A DNA stretch of 64,000 bases from Octopus vulgaris (Eukaryota). The notes under the pieces were generated by a model. It had not been told where the DNA came from, did not search any database, and was given only the letters and a program-made list of their open reading frames with translations. A program made the translations under genes and the position numbers. The stretch is taken from NCBI GenBank assembly GCA_951406725.2, contig OX597835.1, positions 43,524,001-43,588,000 on the forward strand, in the 5' to 3' direction. Shown here one piece after another: positions 12,906-25,682 of this stretch; the stretch's first letter is position 1, and the number at the start of each line of letters is the position of its first letter.

Positions 12906-13991
12906 ACATATTATACAATATAGTTCTTAATGACTTAGCTATTTAATGGTTCGCGTTAACACCAATTCAAATATGGCAATATATAACCTGGATACAACAG
13001 TAGATATAAAGCCGTTCCTATCTACAGAATCAAAACTTTTTAACCCCACCTCCTTGCTATCCCTTATTTACCCTTTGGTCACTTGTGACGTCTGATGCAC
13101 CTGACATCTCTGACTTGCATTGACCTCTTCTTATCCGGAGTTCATATGATTATGAAACTATAATTTTGGATCTTTTCGGTTTGAACGGCAGTTTTTAACA
13201 TAATTTCTAGGTAACTAAAAAATTTTAAACTCCGTATACTGGTAGAATGTGTTTTCAGCCATAGCTTTTAGCCATAAAAAATATCAGCCATAGCTCTTTT
13301 GACGGCGTCTAACAAAAAAAAATAAGATAAAGAAAAGTGGAAGAAGAGCAGAGAGTTTCACGGGAAAGACAAAGTGAGAGAGAGGGAGAGAGAGAGAGAG
13401 AGAGAGTAAGTGACGACGTTCATAAAAAATAAAATGTAAAATGTTTTGTTTTTTTTGTTTTTGCAAAACACTATATTTTATAATCATAGTATATATACTT
13501 TCTCACACAACAATTACAATATATTTATTCTAAATCATTTATTTATTTTAAATAGTTCATCTTTCTCCCCCTCTCTCCCTCACACACATTACTTTGAGTG
13601 CGGAAGAGTTTTGTTTTTATTTTACACCGAGTAAAAAAGTGTTTTGTTGACAATCCATTTATTTAACAACTAAGAAACAAAGAGGTGAGTAACAATTTAT
13701 CAGTGAATTACACAATATAAATGGGTACAATTTGCGAGGCTTCCACCACACCCCACCGGAGTAGTTGATTCCACGCAAAAAAAAAAAAATCGATTTTTTC
13801 TTAGTGAAAATCGTGCGAGTGTTAATCTACAAATTTAACAACATTTCTTCCATTCATTTCTGTTTATGAACATGTATGCATGCACAAAACATGCAATAGG
13901 TGTACGTACGTACATGTGTGTATGTGTGTTCGTATCTGTTGCCCATATATAATTATATTATATATATAAATATAATGTATATAATATATAG

Positions 13992-14052
<61 letters not shown>

Positions 14053-14117
14053 TTGTATGTATGTGTGTGTTTGTGTGTATGTGTGTGTGTGTGTGTGTAT
14101 GTGTGTGTGTGTGTGTA

Positions 14118-14400
14118 GGCGCAATGGCCCAGTGGTTAGGGCAGCGGACTCGCGGTCGTAGGATCGCGGTTTCGGGCGTTGTGTGTGTTTATTGAGCGAA
14201 AACACCTAAAAAGCTCCACGAGGCTCCGGCAGGGGGTGGTGATCCCTGCTGTACTCTTTCACCACTCTTTCTCTCACTCTTCCTTCTGTTGGCCTGCTCG
14301 CTTAGCCAGCGGGGTGGCGTCATTCGAAGGCTAAAACAATGCGAACGCATTGTGACCAGTGATGTGTAACAACATCTGATAGCCTGGTCGGTCACGGTGA
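14118..14400 (+). mobile_element. tRNA-derived SINE, possibly tRNA-Arg related, between (TG)n and (TA)n
   Basis: ggcgcaatggcccagtggttagggcagcggactcg head; body shared with the 4145 and 20729 elements. Confidence 0.8.
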
Positions 14401-15099
14401 TATATATATATATATATATATATATAGCAATAATAAATCTCTGAACGAGATGTAAACAGTAACTGCTCGACAACGTAAAGTATACTAGCCATCTCAATAT
14501 GGCTAACCACTAAGGGTGGGTGTTACTGTAGCTTTTAGCCCTAGGAGATCATCGGCTCCAGCTGGCTTTAGGCACACTTTCTGTGCCCTTATGGTATTTG
14601 CAAAGGGAGGTCATCCCTCTCTCGTGAGCCTAAGTGATACGCACGGACTGCAGTTTCTAGGCATTTGCCTGTGTTCGACGTACGGCAGTCACCGGTTTAC
14701 GATGAAAGGGAGACCTGTTTGCAAATACTTATTGTTTTTCTAGTAACTTTACTCTTTTACTTGTTTCAGTCATTTGACTGTGGCCATGCTGGAGCAGCGC
14801 CTTTAGTCGAGCAAATTGAACCCAGGTCTTAATCTTTGGAAACCTAGTACTTATTCTATTGGTCTCTTTTGCCGAACCACTAAGTTACAGAGACGTAAAC
14901 ACACCAGCTCTTTGCCCATGGAAGTAGTTCAGCTGCCAGAATGTCGCTAACGTATCACTGAGTGTTAATTTGGCAAGACTTCCGCCCGTCCCCACCAAAC
15001 CACCCATTAATAAAAATCTATTTTTTCGACATATCCCTCCTTTTCAGCTACGGGAAATACGAATCTGCAAAACAATTGGCAAAAATCGGCATTTTTAAA

Positions 15100-16843
15100 A
15101 GGGTGAAAGGCAAAGTCGACTTCGGCGGAATTTGAACTTAGAAGATAAAGACGGACGAATTGCCACTAAGCATTTCGTCCGGCGTGCTAACGATTCTGCC
15201 AGCTCCTCGCCGCCTTAAATATTGTAGAAATATTGATCTTAATGTCGATTCGTTTAGGGAAATGGCAAGGCAGAATCATTACTCCGTCGTACAAATTGTG
15301 TTGCAATATTTATTGTGGCTCTCTTGTGGTTGAGATCAATATGACCTTTCATCTCTCTGGGGTCGATTAAATAAAGAACGTGTCCCCTACTGTGTAGAGA
15401 TAATCGATTATCATCCTCCCCTCAAAATTTTGGTCGCGAACCCTAATTAAAAATCATTATTATAATTCGGATTTTAAGGTTGGGAGCTGGTAAGACCGTT
15501 GCCGCGCCGGATAAAATGCTTTGTAACATTTCTTACAGATCTTTTCTTTCTGAGTTCAAATTCTGTCGAAACCGCTTCTACCTTTCATCTCTTTCGGGGT
15601 CGATGAAATAAGTACCAGTTAACACTGGGGGTCGATGTAATTGACTTTCGCCTCTCCCGCGAAATCTGAGGCTTTGTGCAGATTGTCGAAAGGATCATCA
15701 TTTGGATTAAGGTGAAGGCGGTGAGCTGACTGAATCGTTAGCACGCCGCGCGAAATGCTTAGCGGTCGATAAATTAAGTACCAGTTGTGTACTGGGTCGA
15801 TCTAAAAATTCGGGACTTATGCCAAGAGTAGAAAAGATTATTTGGATTGAGGTGGCTGACAGAATCTTTAGCGGCATTTTGTCCGTCTTTATATTCTGGG
15901 TTCAAATTCCGCTGAGGTTTGTTGACTTCGCCTTTCAACCTTTCGGGTCGATGAAATAAGTAACAGCTGAGCACTGGGGTCGATGTAATCGATTAGCCAC
16001 CTTCCCCCACAGAATTTCGGGCCTTATGCCTACAGTAGAAAGAATTATTATAATTTGGATTGGCGGTGAACTAGCAGAATCGTGAGTGAGTCAAACAAAT
16101 TGTCTACTGACATTTCTTCCGACTCCTTACGTTCCGAGTTCAAATTCGGCCAGGGTTGACTTCGCCTATAATTCCTTCGGCATTGGTAAAATAAGTTCTA
16201 GCTGAGTAGTTTAGTCTTGTACCTAAATTAAAAGACCATCGGCGAGATGGCAGAAACGTTAGCACTCCGAGCAAAATGCTTAGCGCCATTTCGTCCGTCT
16301 TCAGATTATGAGTTCAAATTCCGCCGAGTCCGATTTTTAGCTTTCGTCCTTTCGGGGTCGATGAAATAAGTATCAGTCAAGTACCAGTCCCCTCCCTTCA
16401 AATTTCAGGCCTTGTGCCTATAGTAGAAAAGATTATTATTCTTTCCTACTCTAGGCACAAGGCCCGAAATTTTGGGGGAGGGACCAATCGATTAGGTGGA
16501 TCCTAGTACGCAACTGATATTTAATTTATCGACCCCGAAAGGATGAAAGGCAAAGTCGACATCGGTGGAATTTGAACTCAGAACGTATCGACAGACGAAA
16601 TACCTATTGCTATTTCTTTACTACCCACAAGGGGCTAAACATAGAGAGGACAAACAAGGACAGACAAACGGATTAAGTCGATTACATCGACCCCAGTGCA
16701 TAACTGGTACTTATTTAATCGACCCCGAAGGGATGAAAGGCAAAGTCGATCTCGGCGGAATTTGAACTCAGAACGTAGCGGCAGACGACATACGGCTACG
16801 CATTTCGCCCGGCGTGCTTAACGATTCTGCCAGCTCGCCACCT
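15100..16843. mobile_element. Dense cluster of SINE family B: ~6 head-to-tail + copies (15265-16440) flanked by - strand copies
   Basis: Repeated gagctggcagaatcgtt / gagttcaaattcc / ggggtcgat units about every 200 bp. Confidence 0.85.
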
Positions 16844-17111
16844 TATAATTTCTTGTAATTTCTTGTTGATGTCTAAACAATGAAAAAAAAAAAACCTTTC
16901 CGAGCAGAACGTGAAGTTTGACATCCCTCTCGACGACATCGGTATTTCTCATGTCTGTCCGCTTTCGTTTTTCTTGCATGACACTAACTTATGGATAGCA
17001 AGAGTCTACTTTTCTGTGGTGTATCCCCAAGAGATTGTTTTTCTGTAAAAATGCAATTGTTGTTTCCCTATCAAAATGATACGTCTATAGAAATCTTTTA
17101 ACAGCGAATTT

Positions 17112-17507
17112 GGATCTTTTCGGTTGTTCAAACCGAAAAGATTTTAAACTTCGTATACTGATAGAATGTGTTTATAAAACATATTTTTCTCTTGGCTTTA
17201 TTGAGAAAATTCTATAGTTTGTAAGATATTTGTTGTTTTTTTTCTTCAATTTCTGCAATTTCAACCAATCAATGAACGTCTATTGAGGTAAAAAAACACA
17301 TTCTGTGCCGTATGAATATGTCCCTCGTTTAAGAAACACATTGGGTTTATTTACATTTGTGAAGAAAAAAAGATACCCTTCCCCCCACCCCTAACCCTAA
17401 CCCTAAAACAGATTGAAATGCAATAGATTGATACTAGGGTCATAATTATGGGTGACAATTTCATATGACACCGCTAGAAAAAACTGCCGTTCAAACCGAA
17501 AAGATCC
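17112..17507. mobile_element. MITE family C with rearranged left end
   Basis: TIRs; TSD gcgaattt / gcgaatgt (7 of 8 match). Confidence 0.85.
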
Positions 17508-18054
17508 GCGAATGTTTCAAGTGTTGCTGTGGAGAAATATATTACAGTACAACACACACACACACAGAGTAAACTATAGACACTACAGTAGACCGCACAC
17601 TAAATCAGCACCTATATATATGAGACACACAGACAGACAGACAGAGGCAGTTGACGTAACTGTCATGATATCAGAGCTCTCTGAAATCAAGGCTATGTGT
17701 TTGTGCGCGCGCCAAACTGGCTGATAACGAGCAGATGACAGGACGAGCAGATAACGCCGCAGAAATCGGTAGACTTGTGGTGTCTCACACCAACAAACAT
17801 TTATCAATAAAGCCGTAGTCTGGTTCTGCTGATTGGTGCCTAGTTTGGTCCAGACACCCATCCACTCACCCACCGGTCTGGGCGGGAAACAACTGAATCG
17901 TGTTAAACGAAATGAGTGGCAAAGTCTCAGGAATGGTCGAGGAAGAAGTTGTCTTTGAAAGTAAACCATCGCGGTGGGGGTGGGGTGGGGGCTAACATAT
18001 TTAATTGAGAAGGCTGTGATGGTTTAATTAATTAATTATCTTTATGCTATCTAG

Positions 18055-18500
18055 AGGCAGTGAGCTGGCAGAATCATTAGAGCGCCGGGCGAAATGCTTA
18101 CAGGTATTTCGTCTGCCGTTACGTTCTGAGTTCAAGTTCCGCCGAGGTCGACTTTGCATTTCATCCTTTCGGGGTCGATTAAATAAGTACCAGTTACGCA
18201 CTGGGGTCGATGTAATCGACTTAATCCCCTTGTTTGTCTCCTCTATGTTTAGCCCCTTGTGGGCAATAAAGAAACAAGAATCATTAGAGCGCCCGACCAA
18301 AATACCTGGTGGTGATCTGGCTCCTATACGTTCTAAGCTCAACTTCCATCCGGAGTCAATTTTGCCGTTCATTTCACCGGGTCGGCTTTGCTTTTCATCT
18401 CTCTGGGGTCCATAAAGTACCAGCCAACTAGCAGGAGCGATGTAATCGACTGGTTCCTTTCCCCTTTCCTTCAAAATTCCTGACCTTGTAACAATATCAG
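18055..18500 (+). mobile_element. Young SINE B nested in an older SINE B
   Basis: Duplicated agaatcattagagcgcc at ~18070 and ~18277. Confidence 0.8.
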
Positions 18501-18611
18501 AAAATGTTATATCTACACCCGAAGACAGGAGTAAAAATGCCATTAATGGTATTATTAATTCTGACCAAAAAAGGCGAGGGAGGAAACCTGGAATTTAGGT
18601 TAATTAAAGAA

Positions 18612-18892
18612 TGCAGATCAGGCCGAAAATGTCGCTAGAAGCTAGGATCACCAAGCATAGATTGGCATATTTCGGTCATATTATGCGGAGAAAATCCCTG
18701 GAGAAGGACATCATGCTCGGAATGGTCAGCGGCAAGAGAGGAAGAGGCCGACCAAGAACCCGCTGGCTTGACACCATCACGAGTGATACCGGAATGGACA
18801 TAGCCAATCTGAAAGAAGCGGCCCAGGATAGAACTGACTGGAGGACACTGATCCAACGAGTAACCGAGAGTCGACTTCGACTGAGCGGAAAC
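18612..18892 (+). mobile_element. RTE-clade LINE 3' fragment
   Basis: RLAYFGHIMRR..LEKDIMLGMVSGKRGRGRPRTRWLD..DRTDWR is the RTE/BovB-like ORF C-terminus. Confidence 0.9.
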
Positions 18893-19381
18893 ACCTATAT
18901 AGATACAGTGGGGAACAAGTGTGGTGGCCAACTCCGTATATATTTCGGCCTTATTAAATTTCATCAGGGAAGCATTAACTGTTGTTGCCATATATTTGAT
19001 GAAAGGTCAAGCGGAGGTGGCAACGGGTACATCGTGTTGTCGCCATTGTTCAGTTTCCAGTCAGTCCGAATCGAGCAAGCTTATGATCAAAGGCAATCCA
19101 GATATGACCATATCGTCCTCCTTTTTGTGGCGGTAGAGGTGAAGAAATAGTGTATCCAATATGTCCTTCCTTTGGTTAAACGATAGCGTGTGCGTTAAGA
19201 GGTTTGGCTGCTACTTTCTGATATGTCATCGACCAGGTTGAGCCCTGCCCTTTGTCACGCTACAGTTTAACAGGTGTCTTTGTCTCGAGGAATGCCTGAT
19301 CTAAATGGACCCTGCTCTTGTGGATGTGGGTTGGGGCGTTAAGGAAACTAGTACCGTTGATAAGAAATCTGGAAAACTTTC

Positions 19382-19697
19382 GCTCCGTCGGTGGCTACGA
19401 TGAGTACTCCGGTTGATCTGATCAACGGAACAGCCAGCTCGTAAAATTAATGTGCAAGTGGCTGAGCACCCCACAAATACGCAAACCCTTAACGAAGTTC
19501 TGAGGGTGATTCAGCGGGACACAGAATGTGACAAGGCTGGCCCCTTTGAAGTTACAGGTGCTATTCATCTTTTCCAGCTGAGTGGACTGGAACAACGTGA
19601 AATAAAGTGAATTGCTCAAGGGCACAAGACGTCGCCGGGAATCGAACTCACGACTTTACGATCGTGAGCTGAATACCCTAACCACTAAGCCACGCGA
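19382..19697 (-). mobile_element. SINE family D, full length
   Basis: - strand head gtggcttagtggttagggtattc..gagttcgattccc (A and B boxes). Confidence 0.85.
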
Positions 19698-19808
19698 CAG
19701 GAAAATATATCGGCTGGGAAAATTCACTCTTTTAGGAGTTTTTAGCATGTTCTCTTAGACATGTGTTGCTGCTACAGAATCTGCTCCTATTTCCTTATTA
19801 AACCTTAT

Positions 19809-19972
19809 CGCAAGAGTGGCTGTGTGGTAAGTAGCTTGTTTACCAACCACATGGTTCCGGGTTCAGTCCCACTGCGTGGCACCTTGGGCAAGTGTCTTCT
19901 ACTATAGCCTCGGGCCGACCAAAGTCTTGTGAGTGGATTTGGTAGACGGAAACTGAAAAGAAGCCCGTCATA

Positions 19973-20030
<58 letters not shown>

Positions 20031-20232
20031 TGTGTGTGTTTGTCCCCCTAGCATTGCTTGACAACCGATGCTGGTGTGTTTATGTCCCTGTCACTTAGCG
20101 GTTCGGCAAAAGAAACCGAAAGAATAAGTACTGGGCTTACAAAGAATAAGTCCCGGGGTCGAGTTGCTCGATTAAAGGTGGTGCTCCAGCATGGCCGCAG
20201 TCAAATGACTGAAACAAGTAAAAGAGTAAAAA
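19809..20232 (+). mobile_element. SINE family A, full length
   Basis: Head, core, internal (TA)n and tail all present. Confidence 0.92.
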
Positions 20233-20728
20233 ACGATTCTCATCGTCACCGATGGTGGTTAACCCCATTCATGCCTGGCCATCATTGGTTATTTGCGATT
20301 GCCTCATCAACCCCACTTATTTGCTAATCCGGTCTCTATAATATTGACGCGCCAAAATGACACTTTTATCTTCCAGTAGCCGGATCCGCCTCTATGAAAC
20401 CGATTTAGGTCAACCGTACAGATCACGAACTTGTAGTCTTTGTAGACGATCCCCTGGCTTTCTTTATAAGGTCCACATTAACAGGCCCTACTCTAGAAAT
20501 TACTTCGATGCCAGTGATGACAAGCTATAAATGCAAACAAATTGACCCCACTGTAAATTCACTTGAGCTTTTATTCATCCCCTGCCTAAAATTTAACTCA
20601 CCCTCGTGGGTCTATGCGAATAACTGTGGAAAGTCCTGGCCAAAAAGTTACTCTTGACGTGAACGATGAGAAAGTTATAAATGCCAACTAATAAATTCTC
20701 CCTCTGTAGATACTCTAGTTTTTATTCG

Positions 20729-20978
20729 TTTGTTCCTTCTCGAGCCATGCCTGGCTCATAAGGGCCGGTTTCCCGGTTTCATTGACGTATAGGTTCCCCA
20801 CCTGGACGGGACGCCGGTCCGTCGCAGGTCGGCTGCTAGATGCAAGAGGAAAGAGCGAGAGAAAGTTGTAGCGAAAGAGTAAGCAGAAGTTCGCCATTAC
20901 CTTCTGCCGGAGCAGCATAGAGCTTAGGTGTTTCGCTCATAAACACACACATCGCCTGGTCTGAGATTCGAACCCGCG
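20729..20978 (-). mobile_element. 5'-truncated SINE with V-domain-like 3' part, 12-bp TSD
   Basis: TSD agtttttattcg at 20717-20728 and 20979-20990; begins at a B-box (gggttcgaatc on - strand). Confidence 0.85.
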
Positions 20979-21212
20979 AGTTTTTATTCGACCCCCTACT
21001 AAAAATTTTACCCACCCTGCAAGAGATTATACGAAACCCTTTTGAGAAATCTTGACCTAGAAAGTTACTCTGGACGTCGGTGATAAGTTATAAATGCAAG
21101 CTAGGAACTTGACCCCTTTCATAAACCCTTGAGCATTTATTCACCCATGTAGACCCCTTTGAGCTTTCATTCACCCCCGTCATAAATTTTACTCACTCAC
21201 AAGGTGCTATAC

Positions 21213-21484
21213 CAGTGATTCTGAACCATTTTTTATCTAAGAACTCCTTTATTTACTATCTTATACTTGTGGGCCCCATAATCATTTGATATTTTACAAA
21301 TTTTAGAGAAGAAATCTTGCTGTTTCGTGCAATAAAGACATCTAAAGCATAAATTTTTCTTGGATGCTTGATATACTACTGTGGGTCTCCACTGTATTAT
21401 TCTGCTTTCGTGGAGCCCCCAAAATCTTATATGGACCCCTAGGGTCCATATAAGATTTATATAGACTCCGGTTGAGAATCACTG
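21213..21484. mobile_element. hAT (Charlie-like) MITE
   Basis: TIRs cagtgattctgaacc / ggttgagaatcactg; imperfect TSD; internal perfect hairpin at 21422-21458. Confidence 0.75.
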
Positions 21485-22764
21485 GTCTTATACGAACAAC
21501 TTTGAGAAACCCTTTCCTAGAAGTTACTCTGGGCGTCAGCAATGACAAATTATACAGTCAGACTCGCTCAGGGTACTTTTAGGTCAAGCAGTGTGGATTT
21601 TTCCAGAAATCTTTGTCTGACAGTGTCCCCCCGAAAACTGAAAACCAGTTGTTTATAACAGGTTACAATAAGCAATATAATTCGGAAACACGTTAAGACA
21701 GACATTTGTTTGAAAGATTATTTTATTTTAACACAGATTCGTAATATTTCCCACGACCAACTCGCTGTGAACTTATGTGGAACAGTTACTATGTCATGTG
21801 GGTAGGATTAACTTGTTTACTGAGTCCATCGTAAACATTGTTTCGTCGTCACTTTTAACAAGGAATGTCGGCAACAGTGTGGTTGTTGTTGTTGTTGTTC
21901 TTGTTGCTGTGCAGCTCCCAAGCGGATCTATTGTTGTGGTTGTTGTTGCGTATGTGCCTAGCAGATCTATAGTTGTTCTTGTTCACTCACCAGTCGGCCT
22001 AGATTGAGCAAACTTATGTATGATAAAAGGCATTCCAGCCGTGACCATCCCGTTTTTTTTTTCTTTAAGCGATGGTACTCAAACCGACAAATACCGGTCC
22101 CTGTGTCCACCGTACCCCTCTCACCTCCCACCGCCACAAAGGAAAATAGGGAAAATTTTTTTGATCCCTTTTCCCCGCCCCTTTATTAATGAGAAAAACA
22201 AAATAATGGAGTTTGCAGCTATACAACTCTTCTTACTCTGCCATGATGTTGGACAAATTTCACATTTTAAAAACTATTTTAATTTAATTAAACATGACAA
22301 TTTATGTGCCTCGCCCCCCCCCCCCGCCACTGCCCCCCCCCCACATATTTTTCAGTCTTTGCAATCACTCCACCCCATAAGAGAACAAAAAAAAAAACCC
22401 TTTTTAATGCCTCTCCCTTTTTAAGACGGTATCGTGTGATTAGAGAGAGATTTAGCTGCCAATTCTAACAGGTCAAATGACTGTATAGTATTCTGATTCT
22501 GAGTTGTTAATACTTAGAACTAGTGGACATAGTAGTAAGAACCGATGGGTGTAGTAATTAGTAAAAGTTAGAAATGGTAACTATGTTAGTTAGTAAAAGT
22601 TTGTACGATTGGAAAGCCTTTTTCGAGAAGGGTAACCACGTGAGACTTGATTTATCTTCAGGATCGCACTACTAAAGAATTAAAGTAATTTTGCATTGGT
22701 GTGCCTTTCAGAAAGTCCCAAGGGACGCAGAAATAGCACTTGCTAGTTATGTTTAGTAATAACA

Positions 22765-23438
22765 GTACCGATCAGGTAAAGGACCTGGGTATCTTGGTGG
22801 ATTCCTCCTTTTCGCCTTCGGCCCAGTGCGTCCATGCTGCCAACAAAGCACGCGGAATTCTGTTCTTGATTCGACGGTCATTCGGAATGCTCACAGCAGC
22901 CATATTCCTACCACTCTATGTCACGCTGGTGAGACCCATATTGGAGTACGGGATTCAAGCCTCTTCTCCTTATCTCCTCAAAGACATACAGCATCTCGAA
23001 AGAGTCCAGAAGCTGGCTACCCGCATGGTTCATGGTCTCAAAAGTTTTCCTATGAAGAAAGGCTGAGGACGCTCGACCTTTATTCTCTAGAAAAACGCCG
23101 CCGCCGTGGAGATCTCATTCTCGCCCACAACATCATAAGCGGAAAGTGTAACCTCTCGAAAGAGCTGTTCTTCACTCCTGCTCCAGAGCGTCGGCTGCGG
23201 GGTCATTCAGAAAAGCTCTACCTGCGACGATTTCATCTCAATCGAAGGAGAGGAGCTTTCTCCGTCCGGGTTGCGGATCCGTGGAACAAGCTGCCAGACG
23301 AGATGGTGAAGATGCCGACGACCGCTTTGTTCAAAGCCTACCTTGACCTCAAGTGGCCTGAACTCTTTACATGAACACCACCCTGTACTTAACTCCATGT
23401 CCCCCTACATGGCCTTGCTATTTGCTTTTGAGCCAAAT

Positions 23439-23472
<34 letters not shown>

Positions 23473-23473
23473 C
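22765..23473 (+). mobile_element. CR1-clade LINE 3' fragment (one frameshift) with (TAAC)n tail
   Basis: KDLGILVD..LYVTLVRPILEYG..LERVQKLAT / RRRRGDLI..RGHSEKL..FSVRVADPWNKLP. Confidence 0.93.
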
Positions 23474-23508
23474 TAGTAGAGGTGCTTCGTAGTAATAGGT
23501 AATAATAC

Positions 23509-23939
23509 TCGGGGCCGGATTGAGACCCATCGTGGTCCTAAGCACTTAAAAGATTTTGGTGCCCCCATAAAAGATTATGCAATTCAAAATATAAATAATA
23601 ACAAACCATGAAATAATTTTTTATTTTTCAAAACAAAGCAAAACGGTAAGAGGGGAGAAATAATGTTTATTTTTGTCTCCTTCCACTTTATTAATTATTT
23701 GAAAAGTTTCCTCCTACTTTTTTGAATTGCAAAGTCTTTGATCAGATCCTCAAAATTAATCTTTGGTAACACATCTGCATCTATACTTAGTAGAGATAAA
23801 GGTATCCCGAATATTATTTTAGTAAGTTTAAAGTGATTTTCATTTGTGTCGTAAACCATTTACCATTTCTGTGGTTCCCCCTCCTTCTGCTGATGCCCTA
23901 AACACTTGGTTATTTTGCTTAATGGATTACCCAGCACTG
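23509..23939 (-). mobile_element. hAT transposon remnant with transposase C-terminus
   Basis: - strand ~23800-23700 reads LSLLSIDADVLPKINFEDLIKDFAIQKSRRK, like the end of a hAT dimerisation domain; TIR-like ends. Confidence 0.6.
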
Positions 23940-24160
23940 ATAATATTGGCTGTTGTAGTTAGTCAGAATACTATGAGAGTAATAGTTAGTATTTGTGTCT
24001 ATGGTATTAGTAAGGTTATAGTAGTAATAATATTGATGTCTATAATAATTAGAAATAGTATTGCGGGTTATTGTATTCAATAATAATACTGGTGACAGTA
24101 GTATTAGTAATAATTAGTAATTAGTTATTGGTCTCTATTGTAATTATCTTTAATCTTTAA

Positions 24161-24384
24161 CCCGTTAAGTCCCAGACTACTTAAATTTCTGAATATTACT
24201 TTTAAATTTTTACAAGTGATTGAAAATTGGTTAAAATGAAAAAAATAATTATTAAAACTCCTTTACTTCAAGTAGAAATGGAAATACTCGGTGTCCTATA
24301 AATAGGACACTGAGACAATGTGATTATAGTTTATTTAATATTTTTATTTAGTGTCCTATTTATAGGACAGTGGGACTTAATGGG
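24161..24384. mobile_element. piggyBac-like MITE
   Basis: TTAA-cccgttaagtccca ... tgggacttaatggg-TTAA; internal palindromes gtgtcctat..ataggaca. Confidence 0.88.
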
Positions 24385-24565
24385 TTAATCTTTTACTTGT
24401 TTCAGTCATTACACTGCGGCCATGCTAGAGCACCGCTTTGAAGAATTCTTAATCGGATGAATCGACCACAGTGTTTTTTTTCAAAGCCCGGTACTACTTA
24501 TTCTCTCACGTCAGCTAAGCTAAGTTGAACTGTCTAAAGTCGAAAGACACCTGTTGTTTTTGTCC

Positions 24566-24625
<60 letters not shown>

Positions 24626-24930
24626 CATTATTGTTTTTTGTATTTATATTCGTGTGACATCGTCCGTTTTTCTGTCTTTGTTACGTATACATTCGATCCT
24701 TAGTCCAAGAAATCTAATGCTCGTAGCTTAGTTTTTCCTTGGGGCTGGCCGGATCGGAGCGATCTCAAGATTAATCAGTCGAAATTGCTAGGATGATCCG
24801 GTTCTTGACTGAAGATTAGAGGCTTCGAATGACCCGTCCGTTTTTTTTTGTGTCGTCTATTTGAGTGTTTTGCGTTCTTGTTCCATTTTGTATTTTTATA
24901 TATATTTTATATATATATATTATATATATT

Positions 24931-24982
<52 letters not shown>

Positions 24983-25322
24983 GAGAATAAGGTGGTCAGA
25001 CTGTTGGATGATATTTTTATTTACATTTTTTAGCGCTTTCTTCCGTTATCGGATTTATACACAGGTGTGGAATGACGGGAGAACAGGAATTGCGTAATCA
25101 ACTTCATTAGTTTGCCGTTGTTTCTGCTGTGCGATGCAGTGCATTCAGAGCTCAGTGTCTCTGCTTCCTCGGAGCCTTTATATTTCATTTTGTTCTTTGA
25201 TGTAGCATTCCCTTTTTTTTTCTCTTATTCTTTCCAATCAGTTAAGATCAGAAGCCATGAGAGCCACTGTCTGGTACTGCATCAGGGCTATTATCATCAT
25301 TATCATCATCATCATCATTATC

Positions 25323-25520
25323 AAGGCAGTGAGTTAGGAGGATCTTTAGCGCGCCGGACAAAATGCTTAGTACAGAGTTCAAATTCCGCCGAGGTCGATT
25401 TTGCCTTTCATCCTTTCGAGGTCGATAAAGTAAGTACCAGTTGAACATTAGGGCCCATGTAATCGACTAGCTCCCTCCCTTGAAATTTCAGGTCTTGTGC
25501 CTATAGTTAGAAGGGTTACT
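25323..25520 (+). mobile_element. SINE family B
   Basis: Family B head and core. Confidence 0.75.
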
Positions 25521-25629
25521 ATATATAGTAACAACCATACTATCACATTGCCGGAAACCTATTCACTTACGTCACATTCCGGGTAGAAACATGTTAATAT
25601 GCTGTCCAAATCAACATTGTGTGTGTATA

Positions 25630-25681
<52 letters not shown>

Positions 25682-25682
<1 letters not shown>

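Larger units (their letters stand above)
20490..21555. repeat. Degenerate ~150-bp tandem repeat (~4 units) interrupted by a SINE and a MITE
   Basis: Recurrent agttactct(g)gacgt..ataaatgc..gagcttttattcacccc units. Confidence 0.7.

Noticed and set aside
14118-14190. tRNA gene
   Set aside because: tRNA-like SINE head; no intact cloverleaf and it continues into a SINE body
17525-17892. Possible solo LTR (TG start, TATA-like tract, AATAAA, CA end)
   Set aside because: No TSD or second copy found; unsupported
10655-22480. Recurrent diverged motif (tgatcaaaggcattccagcc.tgaccat) at ~10660, 10800, 19050 and 21990
   Set aside because: Probably an old interspersed repeat, but boundaries and class could not be defined
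24740-24840. Possible hammerhead (ctgaaga..gaat; ctcaaga..gaaa)
   Set aside because: Core incomplete and stems not convincing
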